The notes below the pieces were generated by a model. It was not told the origin of the DNA. It saw only the letters and a program-made list of their open reading frames with translations, and did not search any database. DNA of 64,000 nt from Octopus vulgaris (taxonomy: Eukaryota), in assembly GCA_951406725.2 (NCBI GenBank), contig OX597827.1, positions 51,274,001 through 51,338,000 of the forward strand, read 5' to 3'. A program made the translations under genes and the position numbers. Positions 35,370 to 49,644 of the stretch are shown here, in pieces (positions within the stretch are counted from its first letter, which is position 1; every line of letters begins with the position of its first letter).

Positions 35370-36885
35370 TAGAATTCCCGGTAGAAGTAGGGGTCCACCA
35401 AGGATCAGCCCAGAGCCCCCTCCTATTCATCATAGTCCTCCAGGCAATAACAGAGGAATTTAAGACGGGTTGCCCCTGGTGGCTCCTCTATGCTGATGAT
35501 CTGGCCCTCATAGCAAAATCACTACCAGAACTGGAGAAGAAACTTCAAGTTTGGAAGCAAGGTTTAGAATCGAAGGACCTTACAGTCAATGATGCAAAGA
35601 CCAAAGTTCTAGTAAGTAGGAAGGCGAACACATCACACACCCCTTCAGGTAGGTGGCTCTGCTCGATCTGTAGAAAAGGTGTAAGTAGAAACACCATAAG
35701 ATGTACCCAGTGTAAGCTATGGACACATAAGAGGTGCAGCAACATCAAAGGAAAATTAACCAATAGCTTTCACGTGCAGCAGATGCACAGGGGCAAATAA
35801 CACCACAGATGCTCAGAAAACAGATTCCATCACACTCCAGGGGGAGAAACTAGAAGTAGTTGATAGGTTCTGCTACCTAGGTGACCAAGCCTGTAGTGAT
35901 GGTGGATGCTCAGAGAGTGTTACCACTTGAATAAGAATAACCTGGGCAAAGTTCAGAAAGTTTCTACCCCTACTGATGACAAAGGGCCTCTCGCTCAGAG
36001 TGAAAGGTAGATTGTATGATGCATGTGTGTGAACTGCCATGCTTCATGGCAGTGAAACATGTGCCATGACTGTGGAAGACATGCGTAGGCTCGAAAGAAA
36101 TGAAGCCAGCATGATCCGCCGGATGTGTAATGTCAGTGTGCACATATGACAATGTAAGCGCCATGAGAGAAATGTTAGACATAAGAAGCATAGGTGTGGT
36201 GTGCAAGAGAGACGTTTGCACTGGTATGGTCATGGACGAGGAGAGCTGTGTGAAGAAGTGCCACTCACAAACAGTGGAAGGAATCAGGGGTAGAGGGAAA
36301 CCCAGGAAGACATGGGATGATGTGGTGAAGTATGACCTTCGAACGTTGGGCCTCACAGAGGCAATAACAAAAGACCGAGACCTCTGGAGATATGCTGTGA
36401 CTGAGAAGACCCGACAAATAAAGTGAGTTCACAGCTGTAACCTACACCAGTGTCGATTAACCAGCCCACTCAAAAGTACTTTGGATTGTAGAGTGACATG
36501 CCATGCTTTAGGAGACCTATTGAGTCAAGTACATCAACATCAGCAATATCAAAATCAAATCAAATGGAAATTGTAGTTGTGATCCCTGTGCTGGTAGCAT
36601 GTAAAAAGCACCATCTGAATGTGGCCAATGACTGGCTTCTGTGCTGGTGGCACGTATAAACACTATCTGATTGTGGTTGATGCTAGCTCCACTGGCCCCT
36701 TGTGCCAGTGGCATGTAAAAAGCACCCACTACATTCTCGGAGTGGTTGGCATTAGGAAGGGCATCCAGCTGTAGAAATATTGCCAGATCAAACTGGGGCC
36801 TGGTGCAGCCTCTTGGCTTCCCAGACCCCAGTCGAACCGTCCAACCCATGCCAGCATGGAAAACAGATGTTAAACAATGATGATG
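35370..36885 (+). mobile_element. RTE-clade LINE, 5'-truncated (RT C-half plus 3' UTR)
   Basis: VGVHQGS..PLLFIIVLQAITEEFKTGCPWWLLYADDL, a Cys-rich insert (C..CRKGV...CTQCKLWTHKRC) and GRGKPRKTW...KDRDLWR, followed by the repeat-bearing UTR. Confidence 0.9.
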
Positions 36886-38379
36886 GTCAGCTCAGGTCAT
36901 GTGGTATGAATACCATGAAAGCAACACCAACTATTTTCTTCAATTTTAGGCCCATGTGTTTAGAGAGGATGTTGGTTATATGCTGGTGGCACTAGTTAGT
37001 TATTCAGTTGTCATTCAGTAATGTATGAATACATTGGTGGCAACAGTCTTTATGTGGGGGTAACCAAATTTGATGGTGTTGGGTTACAACTGAGGCTACA
37101 ATCAATATGGGTTAGCAGAGGCTGTATTCTGTATGTGCAGCAGGGATTGAATATCCTGCCCTTATGTTTGGGTCAGCCACACTTAGAGTGATATGTCAAC
37201 TGCCAATGGCTTGAAGTTCACTAACAGGGTGTACCTCTTGTGGCAGCAGTATGATAGTTCAATTTTCCTATTGATTACTGCAGGTTGGTGGAATGTATAT
37301 AGTATTTCATGGAGAGAGAGTGGGCAATTGAAAGCTTCATGCGAAAAAGGTGGGCCCTGTCAATGATATCCCATCTGATTTTGGGGAAGTCATTTTATAG
37401 AAGAGGAGTGACAGTAATTTCAAGATAAGGACCCTCTCATCTCATCAAAGATTATTCAACCTCATTCATACTGGTACCATGAGAAAACGCATCCGGTCCA
37501 TTCTGTAAAGTAGTTGGCATTAGGAAGAGGATCCAGTTGTACAAAGGAAGCCAAAATGACATGAACAAGCACCTAGTTTTCAGGAATAGCAGCTTGCAAT
37601 TGGCAATGACTTGTACCACTGACGACCCATCTAACTCATGCTAGTATGAAGAACAGACGTCAAAATAATGATGATGGCGATGATAAGTATACATATGTAT
37701 GTATGGATAGGCATGTTTGTATGGTTAAGAATCTTGCTTCCCAACCATGTTGTCTCAGATCCAGTCTTTCTGCGTGGCACCTTAGGCAAGTGTCTTCTGC
37801 TATAGCCCTGGGCTGACCAAAGCCTTGTGATTGAATCTGTGTATGTGTGTATGAGTCCTTGATGGTTGTAAACAAGCATTGTTTATTTTCAATCTTTCAA
37901 GAAAAACCTGTCAGACCATAGGGAAATATTACCTTTTTTGAGAACAAGAGAAAGTTGGCAACAGGGTGGGCCTCTGGGCCATAGTAAGTCTGACTCATGC
38001 AAGTATGAGACAGTGAACATTCATACACACGAAAATTCTTGTGTGCACGCACACACACACACCTATACACATGTATATGTCTATATATGTGTGTGAGTGT
38101 GTGTTATCTTCTTTTTGATATCTATGCATGATACCCCAAAATATCCTACTCTTCTATTTTGACCATTATATATTTTAATGAACATGTTTGTTACTCTTAG
38201 ACAATTTTACTTCCTTTAGTGGCACTGACCTTCCCCATCCACGCCTTGAGATGTGACATCCAACATTTATTCTGGTTTCCATTTCAGCATATATTTCTCT
38301 TGGTATTCCTTCATTCCTGCCTTGAATCAACCAACTCTTACTCCGACTTTAAACCAACTTGTTATCTGCCCCTTTCTAT

Positions 38380-38660
38380 GTTTACATCTAACCGGTAGCT
38401 TCTTTAACGCTATACAGTGTATCACTGTTGTTTATTTGTTTGCGACAGAATGAAATTTTACCATTTCCTAACGCACTCTTCGAAATTAGCGAGAGAACAG
38501 AAGGCAAAGATGTGAGCTTTGATTCATATTGTGAAACATGTCTAGTTGTTTTGATTGTCAATTGCCCTATCGTACTTTCAAATGCACATGTTATGCAAAT
38601 CCGATATTGAATTGAAATATTTAATTAACTCTTTCCCTTTTGAAAGAAAATGCATTCAAG
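38380..38660 (+). promoter_or_regulatory. Candidate promoter / first exon of ZNF gene B
   Basis: A comparatively CpG-retaining, TE-poor zone at ~38200-40450, with a strong donor AAG|GTAAGC at 38660/38661. The link to gene B is inferred. Confidence 0.3.
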
Positions 38661-39445
38661 GTAAGCAATGTATGTATATATATATGTATGTAAAGAGTAA
38701 GCTGCTTCCACTTGAATGGTATGAGTAGCTGCTCCACACACACCCACTGCCACATACTCATTAAGTGAAACTCGTGCGGTGGTATCTGAATGTTTCTATC
38801 TTCATATTTTGGCGGTGATCTTTCGAAACAAACCTTGTTATCTTGATCATGTGAAGGAATGAAAATGTTATAAAACAGTAAGTCATTTTCCTTGTTTTGC
38901 TCTTAATTACTGTTCTTCACCTATCGATCCATTTATTTAGTATATTTATTTAGTCCAGATTAGCCCTTATAGAGCAGGTCTACAACCAAAAGTATTCAAA
39001 CAATGATCATTACGTGTTTTCTCGACACAGTTCACCTATGACAACATTATCCAATGTGCTTCTTTTCTAAAACTAAACAGTATGATTCGTGGTAATTTGA
39101 CTGCTATTTCTAACGGGGCAAGCGATCGCAGAAAGGTTTCCCTCGTCGAATTCTGTGTTATTGATGGCTAAAGCATATATTTGAGACTAAATGAACTACC
39201 AATGACAATTCTCATTGATTCATTTCAATCAATGATTGTTTAGAATTCAGAGACATGTGGTTGGACAAATTGATGTGGATTCCTTAACATTTCTTCTAAT
39301 TACTTCTTTCATGTAAGTGAATGCTAATTGCATGTATTCACCTAGTTATTTTACGTTTTTCTTTTTTGTCCATACTAGTCTTTATTTTTTTTTAATTACC
39401 TACTAATTTCTATTTTTTTCCTGCGTGTCTTCCGTTTTCTCAGTT

Positions 39446-39571
<126 letters not shown>

Positions 39572-40962
39572 TCACATTGTACGTTTGAATGTACAAATCA
39601 GAGTATAATTACTTGGTAATGAGATTAGTCTATTAATGTTACTCTGAGTCTCGCGATTCTTCATAGATTTGTGCTTATACATGAGAGATTTATGTGTCTA
39701 TCGATTTCTTCCCTATTTCTTATTTTCTCTTTGATTTCCTCAATCTGCTGAAAGTGTCAATCAATCACTACAGTGTTTTCCCCTCTATTATACCTATCAT
39801 CATTTTACAACTTGACACACACAATAAGCTGCCCAAATTTGTTATATACAGGTATCCTTTCAGTTACCTGTACCCAAAGTGTTTCTACCTGACATGTTGC
39901 ATAATTGCTACCTTGCTCTTAATTCTTTGGACGGAGGGAGCCTTGTAGATAACAATAACCGATCGATAATATACATTATGAGATGTAAGTCAATATCCTG
40001 GTTTTCTAATTTTGATAATAATAATAATAACAACTGTTTTGTAACATTATTCGTGACCATAAGTTTCCACTGATATATATGTATGTCTGCATGCATGCAT
40101 GCGTGCGTGCGTGCGTGCGTGCGTGTGTGTGTGTGTGTGTGCGTGTGTGTGTGTGTGTTGAAATCGGGACCAATAGGAATATCGTACACGGTCTGAAGGA
40201 CCACAGCTCATAGATTTGAGCCTCCTCTTCCCAGTTGCCAAAAGGTTTTTTTTTTTAACTGCTCATATATTAACATAATTGCACGTTTTCTTATTTGAGG
40301 GCAGTTACCAGCTTGTGCTAAAGTGATACGTGTTAGCTGGTAAAATAGAATGTTGGGAGCCAGGCTAACAAATAAAGGCAGGTAATGGAAACAGAAAATG
40401 TACAAAAGCAGTTACAAGTATGTATAATGTTAAAATAGAGGCGGTTAAAAATAAGCACGTTTTTTTTTTTTAAAAAATAAGATATATCTTTCAAACATAT
40501 TAAAGTTTATATTTTTTACTTGAAACTACTTTTCCAATAAATTCTTGGTCATTTCTAATTTTGTCCAAAAAATTCTGAACCAGTTGGAATGCTTTATTTT
40601 AGTCATCAGAAGACGTCTGGCTGTAGCTTCTACCACATTGCTCCTATTTTTTTAATAACTACACCAAATAAATGACCAATACTTATTACTTGTTTTCCAG
40701 TCTTTGTGTTGATCTTAGCTGCAGATGGTTGAACATTGAACCAAGATATGTCTCCAGAATTTTAAGACTACAAATCTTCTGCACATTCAAAGTTCATGTT
40801 CCAAGATCTAAATATGAGAGGCATCTTTCATAAAAACTTTAAATTCTTTATTTTTCCAATGCTTTAAGCACTTTCATCAAGTTCAGCAAGTCCTTTGCAT
40901 CTTGTGGTACCAATTCACAGTTTTCTTGTTCTACATTTCTTATAAAGTTTAGTTGAGGTTCC

Positions 40963-41191
40963 CTTATTTCTCTACTGCCCACAAGGGGCGAAACATACAG
41001 GGGACAAACAAGGACAGACAAAGGGATTAAGTCGATTACATTGACCCCAGTGCGTAACTGGTACTTATTTAAGCGACCCCGAAAGGATGAAAGACTAAGT
41101 CGACCTAGGCGGAATTTGAACTCAGAAAGTAACGGCAGACGAAATACTGCTACGCATTTCGCCCGGCGTGCTAACGTTTCTGCCAGCCCGC
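40963..41191 (-). mobile_element. SINE family A with 17-bp TSD
   Basis: TSD agtttagttgaggttcc at 40946-40962 and 41192-41208. Confidence 0.9.
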
Positions 41192-41452
41192 AGTTTAGTT
41201 GAGGTTCCATGCCATTTTACCTCTTGCACATAGTACACATCTACATGCTTCCTCTCATGCATATTTCATCTATCTCATTGAACTTACCTTTCATTGTGTC
41301 AACATTGATCCTGACAGCTCTAAGGCTATAGGCTTGGGAGGAGTGAGGAGTTAATTGGAGGATAGTTTTTAGCACCCGAAAGAATGAAGATGAACATTTC
41401 TGTGAACTCTTGCTGGCAAGCAGTGGGTTCTTTCACCTGTCCAGTGAAACAA

Positions 41453-41857
41453 GCAGGAGTGGCTGTGTGGTAAGTAGCTTGCTAACCAACCACATGGTTC
41501 CGGGTTCAGTCCCACTGCGTGGCATCTTGGGCAAGTGTCTTCTGCTGTAGCCCCGGGCCGACCAATGCCTTGTGAGTGGATTTGGTAGACGGAAACTGAA
41601 AGAAGCCTGTCGTATATATGTATATATATGTATATGTGTGTTTGTGTGTCTGTGTTTGTACCCCTAGCATTGCTTGACAACCGATGCTGGTGTGTTTATG
41701 TCCCTGTCACTTAGCGGTTCGGCAAAAGAGACTGATAGAATAAGTACTGGGCTTACAAAGAATAAGTCCCGGGGTCGAGTTGCTCGACTAAAGGCGGTGC
41801 TCCAGCATGGCCGCAGTCAAATGACTGAAACACGTAAAAGAGAGAGTAAAAGAGTAA
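41453..41857 (+). mobile_element. SINE family B, full length
   Basis: Same structure as 26413-26800. Partial copies lie at 34385-34528, 37708-37830, 44447-44580, 44810-44975, 46580-46725 and 54900-55053. Confidence 0.9.
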
Positions 41858-42017
41858 AGCATTATTTGTCACAACAGATTACATTTCTGAGACAAGCATC
41901 TGCAATCTAAGGAGAGGGGAGCAGTAGGGGGTGAGGAAGTGGGGGATGGGTGTTCTGGCTGAGCAGGTCATGACTACAGGTGATGGTGAGTATATGTGGA
42001 CAAATTTGCACCCCACC

Positions 42018-42411
42018 TGTGCCAGGAGATCAACATATCATCATGAAAGAAAGAGAAAAGGTTGATGAATATGCGGAGCCAAGAATTGAGATCACTAAGA
42101 TATAACAGTTATGAGAGTCAAACATAAAGGTTATCCCTATTGTCATTGGAGCATTGGGTTCAATACCACCCAATCTGAAAAGAGAAAACATCTGAAAACT
42201 TTAGAAATACCCTACAATCTAGGTGTATTGCAAAAGTTGGCATTACTTGGAACTGCACGCATATTGCATAAAGTACTGTCTGTCTGAGGTCCTTGTTATG
42301 ACTTGATAGACAGTACAAACCCCCGGTAGACACAATATCTTCAATCAACAACCTCACGATATTGTATACTGTGTGATGTCTATAATAATAATGATAATAA
42401 TAATAATAATA
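42018..42411 (+). mobile_element. R4/Dong-clade LINE 3' end
   Basis: KEREKVDEY...KVIPIVIGALGSIP...LQKLALLGTARILHKVL (RLE C-terminus) followed by a (TAA)n tail. Confidence 0.8.
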
Positions 42412-44994
42412 CAAAATACTCACTATGTAATCCCAAGGTTTAAAACAAACTTTTTTATTTATTTATTTTATTTTATTTTATTTATTTATTTTTTAAAATT
42501 TTATTTTTATATGGCACAGAACTTCCAACCTGTTGTCTCTTGAGGTCTCTGGGTGAGACTTGGAGCCAACTTGTACAGACATAAAGCAAAAGTCAAACAT
42601 AGAATAATAATAATAATGGTTTCAAATTTTGGCACAAAGCCAGCAGTTTCAAGGGAGAGGATAAGTTGATTACATTGACCCCAGTACTCAACTGGTACTT
42701 ATTTTATCAACCTCGAGAGGTTGATTCTAGGTCTTGCATTCGCACTTGGAATTACTTTTCTAATTTTACTGCAGATGTAAGAATGATGCCATCAGTTTCC
42801 ATTGGTATCTGACTTTTAAACTCTGGAGTTACTCATATACTAGATTTCTGGCAGTACGAGTTGTGTTAGATTATTCTTGCTACTAGATCTATTGCTTTCA
42901 AAGTAAAGATAGTGACACAGGAAAATGTGCACCCAAAACTTAATTGCACAGATATTTTCTCATGCAATTTAGGTCACAGATCTTCATTCTCAGGGATTAT
43001 CAATGTTACTATGCTTTTGTACTCTCCTGGCTTCTGGTATCTTGATTTCACCTGTAAGGTTACACCCACCACACTTAAATGTCCCTGTCATCTCCTTTCT
43101 TGAAGAGATGTTCTAACAAGAACTATGTGTCTGTTGCTCCCAAATTGGTCTTACAGTACACTCATTCGCAATCTTAAGTGTTACTATATCTTTGTGCACT
43201 ATTCTACAGAAATTGTACTGATTCACCTGTTCTTTTGACCAGTTTTGTCTGCTTGGTTTTTTGAAAACCTCTTGGCTGGCCTGGTGAGGTGCCACTTTAG
43301 TCACTAACCCAACAATATAACAAGTTGTACAAGATTTCGTGTTACCAATAGCACTCATTGCAGCTATCCACACCCACACCCACACTCCTATCAGGCACTA
43401 ATGATACCCATGATTTTATTAATATTCAATCTGTGAGGGTCAGGGATTAGCAGAACCATTAGATTATCAATCAAAATGCTTTGCAGTGTTTGTTTGGTCT
43501 GTTAACATTTTGAGTTCAAACACTGCTAAAGTTAGCCATCATCTTCTTAAGGTCAATAAAATAAAGTCCTGTAGTCAATGGTATTTACTTAATCCTCTCA
43601 CTAAATTATGCTGGCCTTGTGCCCAAATCAGAAACAATTTAGGGTGATGGATTGACAGAATCACTAGAGTATCAGAAAAAATGCTTTGCAATTTTTCTTC
43701 TGGTCCTCTATGCTCTGAGTTCAAATCCCACTGCTGTCAACTTTACTTTTCATCCTTCCATAGTCTAATAAAATAGGTATCAGTCTAATATTGTAGTCAA
43801 TGTAGCCAACTAGCCCCCTCCCCTAAAAGTTGTTAGCTTGTGTCTATATCTGAACAGTTATTTTTTAATGCTCCTTGGTGATATCTTAATTTTAATTTCA
43901 GATATAATAAATGCTGGAGTTGGAACTTAATTAGCACAGTTTTCTGCATATGTTGCAGGAAATTAATTGCAGTGTGCAGAGAGAGAGAGAGATCTTGGGG
44001 AAGAGTGGGGTAGGGGAATAGCATTTATATCATTAATTTTATTGGCAATATCGATTCCTTGGTTGACTTGAAAAGACTGAATATTCATATCATCTACTAT
44101 TTGCTCAACTCATACACACATATACATACATATATGCTCATGTCCATACACAAGTATCTATTGTTCAGACTATGAAATCTATTCTATAAACATTTCACTT
44201 TATATACATCAAATATCTATGTTCATTACTATAATTTCCTTGTGCTTACATAATGTACATTGCAATAAAATATTACTTAGACTTGGTAACTTAATTTTAC
44301 AAATGTGCCAGATGGTTTCAGTTAAAATCTGTTTATTTGGGTCTACATTTAGATTTAGTTTACACAATTGAGAAATGAAGGAAAATATGTTTTTTTAGTG
44401 TAATCTAGCAGGAGTATTTGTGCTACCCAAAGGTTAACTATAAACACAGGCATAACTACATGGATAATAAGTTTGCTTCCTAGCCTTGTGGTTTCAGTTT
44501 CAGTCCCACTATTTAAGACCTGAGGCAAGTGTCTTCTACTATACCCTCAGTCTAACCAAAACCTTGTGAGTGGATTCGGTTTCCTCATTTTGTAAATGAG
44601 CGCTACCATCATACAAGCAGTTTCATTCATTTCTAATCTTCCATAAACACATGTCTAGTCATGTGGAAATAATACTTTACTTTGAAACAAGTGAGGGATG
44701 GTGATAGGAAGGGCATCTGAGCAAAGAAAATCTGCCTCAATGAGTTCTATCTGGCCTATGCAAGCAACTCCATCAAGGCAACCAGAGCAGACCTGGAAAG
44801 TTGGTCTATAGGTGCAGGTATGATTGTGTGGTAAGAAACTTGCTTCCCAGCTACATAGGTCCATGTTTAGTCCCACTGCATGGCACCTTGGGCAAATGTC
44901 TTCTACTGTAACCTCAGGCCTACCAAAGCCTTGTGAGTGAATTTGGTAGACAGCAACTGAAAGAAGCCCATTGTATATAAATATATATATATAT

Positions 44995-45225
44995 ATTTCT
45001 TTACTACCCACAAGGGGCTAAACGCAGGGGGGACAAACAAGGACAGACAAACGGATTAAGTCGATTATATCGACCCCAGTGCGTAACTGGTACTTATTTA
45101 ATCGACCCCGAAAGGATGAAAGGCAAAGTCGACCTCGGTGGAATTTGAACTCAGAACGTAGCGGCAGACGAAATACGGCTACGCATTTCGCCTGGCGTGC
45201 TAACGTTTCTGCCAGCTCGCCGCCT
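44995..45225 (-). mobile_element. SINE family A
   Basis: Full copy inside a (TA)n tract. Older subfamily copies lie at 42617-42715, 43440-43860, 51418-51633, 61212-61863 and 63324-63527. Confidence 0.88.
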
Positions 45226-45649
45226 TTATATATATATATATATATACATATATGTATGCTGAAGAACAACCTCAGGACACTAAACTTTTCAGGCGAGATG
45301 ACAAAAGGCCGAGATGCCTGGCGCCTTGTTATACTCAAGAAGATCCATAGTCCACAGCAGAAGTGTTAAAACTGGTCCCCTTGGTGGTGAGGATTGACTT
45401 ACAAAAGTCCTGTGCTGATGTCATGTAAAAAGCACTTGTGACAGTGCCATATAAAAACACTTGTGTGGTGCCATATAAAAGTGCCCATGCAGTGTCACAT
45501 TAAAAGTAAAGTGGTTGGTGTTAGGAAGGGCATCCAGCTGTAGAAACCATGTAAAATCAGACATTTGTAGCTCCCCAGTTTGCCAGCTTTGGGCAAACTG
45601 TCCAACCCATGCTAACATGGACAATGGGTATTGAATAATGATGGTGATG

Positions 45650-45684
<35 letters not shown>

Positions 45685-46524
45685 CCTTCTCTTCTTACTC
45701 ACTTTCCCTCCACTTTTCACTTCACTGTATCCCTGTCATTTTCTCTTGCCCCTCCTTAATTCTTCTGTCCCTCTGCTTCTACTTCTCTTCTCACGTGACC
45801 AATTGGCCAGCCTGCTCTTCCTTTTTGGTCTGACCGTGGTCCGTGCAACATCGATATTCTTCCCTGAGTTTGTGAAAATTTTGTATCTCTGCTGTAAGGC
45901 TTCATTTCCATACGCACCAGCTTAATTCAATTTGTCCTTAGTTGAAAGACACCTGTTGTTATGTTGTTATGTTCTGTTATTATTTTTATTGTATTTTTTT
46001 ATTGTATTTATATTTGTGTAACATTGTCCGTTTTTTCCGTCCTTGTTTTTGTATACATTCGCTGCTTTCTTTCAAGGAATCTAATGCTCTTAGCTTAGTT
46101 TTCCCTTGTGGCTGATCAGATTGGCGCAATCTCAAGAATAATCAGCCGAAATAGCGAGGATAATCTGGTTCTTGACTGAAGATAGAAAACTTTGAATGAC
46201 CTGTCCTTGTTTTCTTTGTATCGTCTTTCTGGATGTTTTGTTGTCTCATTTTTGTATCACCTAGTTGTCCGGATGTTTTGCGTTCTTGTCTTATTTTGTA
46301 TTATATATTTATATATCATCATCATCATCATCATCATATATATATATATATACAAAATTAGAAAATGGAGAAACATACTTAAATCAATCAATCATCAACC
46401 ATCAGATAATACCCAATCAATACTTTATTACACCATTACATAACAGCAAAGGCATTATACATAATATATTGTAAATATAGCTAGACATAGAAATAGAAAT
46501 ATAAAATACAATTACATCATATCT

Positions 46525-46592
<68 letters not shown>

Positions 46593-47104
46593 GTGGGCTG
46601 TCTTTCTGTCTGTGTTTGTCTCCCACTGCTTGACAGTTGGTGCTGGTGTGTTTGTCCCCATAACTTTGTGGTTCAGCAAAAGAAACCAATAGAATAAGTA
46701 CCAGGCTTAAAAAAAAATGTCCTGAGGTTGAACTACAAGAAGACATTGGTTGAAGTGGAACTGAATAATGGTTATGCTACGAAGTATTAAATCAGAATTA
46801 TCAGTTATTTATGTTCTGTACGAATGCTTTTTTCACCCCTAAATATTTATAATTAAATATAAATTACTTAGTTACTATAATTTATTAGTTTCTTTTGCAT
46901 ATTCTTAGTTTATGCATGTGTATGCAAATATAGTATTGGTATGTCCCATTTATGTTCATTAGAAGTTAAATAAATAAAGAATTTTAACATGTACGAATAT
47001 TTATTTCCCCCCATTGTATCTATGTGTGTGTGTGTGTCTTTGTATTTGTTCTCCACCACTGCTTGACAACTGTTGTTGCTTTGTTTACACCCCCATAAAT
47101 TAGA

Positions 47105-48580
47105 GAAATTCAAGACGGGTTGCCCCTGGTGGCTCCTCTATGCTGATGACCTGGCCCTTATTCAAGAATCACTACCAGAACTAGAAAAGAAAGTTTGTGT
47201 GTGGAAGCAAGGTTTAGAATCAAAAGGCCTTATAGAGTCAATATAGCAAAGACCAGAGTTCTAGTAAGTAGGAAGGCGAACACATCACACACCCCATCAG
47301 GTAGGTGGCTCTGCTCGATCTGTAGAAAAGGTGTAGGTAGAGACACCATAAGATGTACCCAGTGTAAGCTATGGACACATAAGAGGTGCAGCAACATCAA
47401 AGGAAGATTAACTGAGAAGATAGCTTTCGTGTGTGGCAGATGCACTGGGGCAATAAACACCACAGATGCTCAGAAAACAGATTCCATCACACTCCAGGGG
47501 AAGAAACTAGAAGTAGTTGATAGCTTTCGCTTCCTAGGTGACCAAGTTAGTGGTGGTGGTGGTGGGGATACTCAAAGAGTGTTACCACTACAATAAGAAT
47601 AGCCTGAGCAAAGTTTAGAAAGCTTCTACCACTACTGGTGACAAAGGGCCTCTCGCTCAGAGTGAAAGGTAGATTGTACAATGCATGTGTTTGAACCGCC
47701 ATACTTCACAACAGTGAAACATGGGCCGTGACTGCAGAGGACATGTGAAGGCTTGAAAGAAATGAAGTGAGCATGATCCACTGGATGTATAATGTCAGCG
47801 TACACACACAACAGTGTAAGCACCCTGAGAGAAATGTTGGATATGAGAAGCATAGGATGTGGCATGCAAGAGAGAAGTTTGCACTGGTATGGTCATGTAC
47901 TACAGATAGATGAGGAGAGATGTGTGAAGAAGTACCACTCCCAAACAGTTGAAGGAATCTGGGGTAGAGGTCTACCTCAACCCCAGGAAGACATGGGATG
48001 AGGTGGTCAAGCATGTCCTACGAATGTTGAGCCTCACAGGGGCAATGACAAAAGACAGACCTCTGGAGATATGCTGTGCCTGCGAAGACTTGGCAAATAA
48101 AGTGAGTTCACAGCTGTATCCTACACCAGTTTCGCATAAACAGCCCCAGCCCATTCAAAAGTACCTTGGATTGTAGGGTGACCTGTTGTGCTTGAGGAGA
48201 CCTATTGAGTTAAGTACATCAATATCAAAATGAAAATCAAATGGAAATTGTTGTGATACCTGTGCCGGTTGCAGGTAAAATGAACTACATGTACTACGGA
48301 TAGATGAACGTGGCCGATGCCAGCACCACCTTGACTGGCTTCCGTGCCAGTGGCATGTAAAAAGCACCAACCAATTGTGGCCATTGCCAGTCTCCTCTGG
48401 CCCCACTACAAGCACCCACTACACTCATGGAGTGGTTGGCATTAGGAAGGACATCCAGCTGTAGAAACACTGCCAGATCAGACTGGAGCCTGGTGCAGCC
48501 TCCTGGCTTCCCAGACCCTGGTCAAACTGTCCAACCCATGCTAGCATGGAAAACAGACGTTAAATGATGATGATGATGAT
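47105..48580 (+). mobile_element. RTE-clade LINE, same family as 35370-36885
   Basis: FKTGCPWWLLYADDL and the Cys-rich insert; collinear with the other copy through the 3' UTR and (GAT)n tail. Confidence 0.9.
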
Positions 48581-48915
48581 TCATATGTTTGAAAATGTTT
48601 ATTGTTTTGTGTTCTAAATTTGTATAATGTTTCCATGTATAATATATTTTATTTAGTATAAATTTCCTTTGATTTCCTTCGATGTTATTAGAGTAACGGC
48701 AATTTTACTGAAATTTTTTAGGTGTACATACTTCTGTGAGATACTGCATGCATGCATGCATACATACATACATACATGCATACATATCTACATGTGTGTT
48801 TGTGTGAATGTGTGAATGTTTAGGACTTTAAGAAAATAGAATATTGGATACAGAACTATTTATAATATCGGATGCTACTTGAGCAAAATATTGGTTTTGG
48901 GCCAGAAAGTTCAGG

Positions 48916-49144
48916 TGGCAAGCTGGCAGAAACGTTAGCACACCGGGCGAAATGCCTAGCAGTATTTTGTCTGCCGTTACATTCTGAGTTCAAATTCCGC
49001 CGAGGTCGACTTTGCCTTTCATCCTTTTGGGGTCGATAAATTAAGTACCAGTTACGCACTGGGGTCAATGTAATCGACTTAATCCCTTTGTCTGTCCTTG
49101 TTTGTCCCCTGTATGTTTAGCCCCTTGTGGGCAATAAAGAAATA
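48916..49144 (+). mobile_element. SINE family A nested in an older antisense family-A copy (to ~49335)
   Basis: TSD agaaagttcagg at 48904-48915 and 49145-49156. Confidence 0.85.
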
Positions 49145-49644
49145 AGAAAGTTCAGGGGAGGGGGTAAGTCAATTACATCAACCTCAGTGTTAAACTGGTA
49201 CTTATTTTATCTATCTCAAAAGGATGAAAGGCAAAGTCAACCATGGAAGAATTTTGGACTCAGAACTTAAAGATAGACAAAATGCTTCTGAGATTTTTCC
49301 TGGTGTGCTAATGATTCTGCCAGCTTCTCACTTTACTTAAGTAAATTATTAAGTTTCATGTATATGGAGAACTCTTAAAATAGCCATAGATGTGAAATCT
49401 TACAGTTGGTTATACCCATCACAAATAGTTATAACAAGGCATTATTTAATACTGGTTACTGCTTTAAAACTTTACTGAATAAAATCTTTCCTAGAAAAAG
49501 CTATGTATTTTCGTTTTATTTTTTTCTGTAATTGTCCTGGAACCCTGTAGAGGCCTTCAGTATGTTATCTGGACATGACTAAGTATGAATGCATTAATTC
49601 TTTAGCATTCAGATTATGCTGTCATATGTAATGCTTTTTTTATT

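Noticed and set aside
35640-35800. Cys-rich PHD-like host gene fragment (also 47300-47450)
   Set aside because: It is an integral insert in both RTE copies and belongs to the LINE ORF.
42720-43385. Possible 5' part of an R4/Dong element on the minus strand
   Set aside because: Only a faint resemblance (NWSKEQ..., IWEQQ); too degraded to support.
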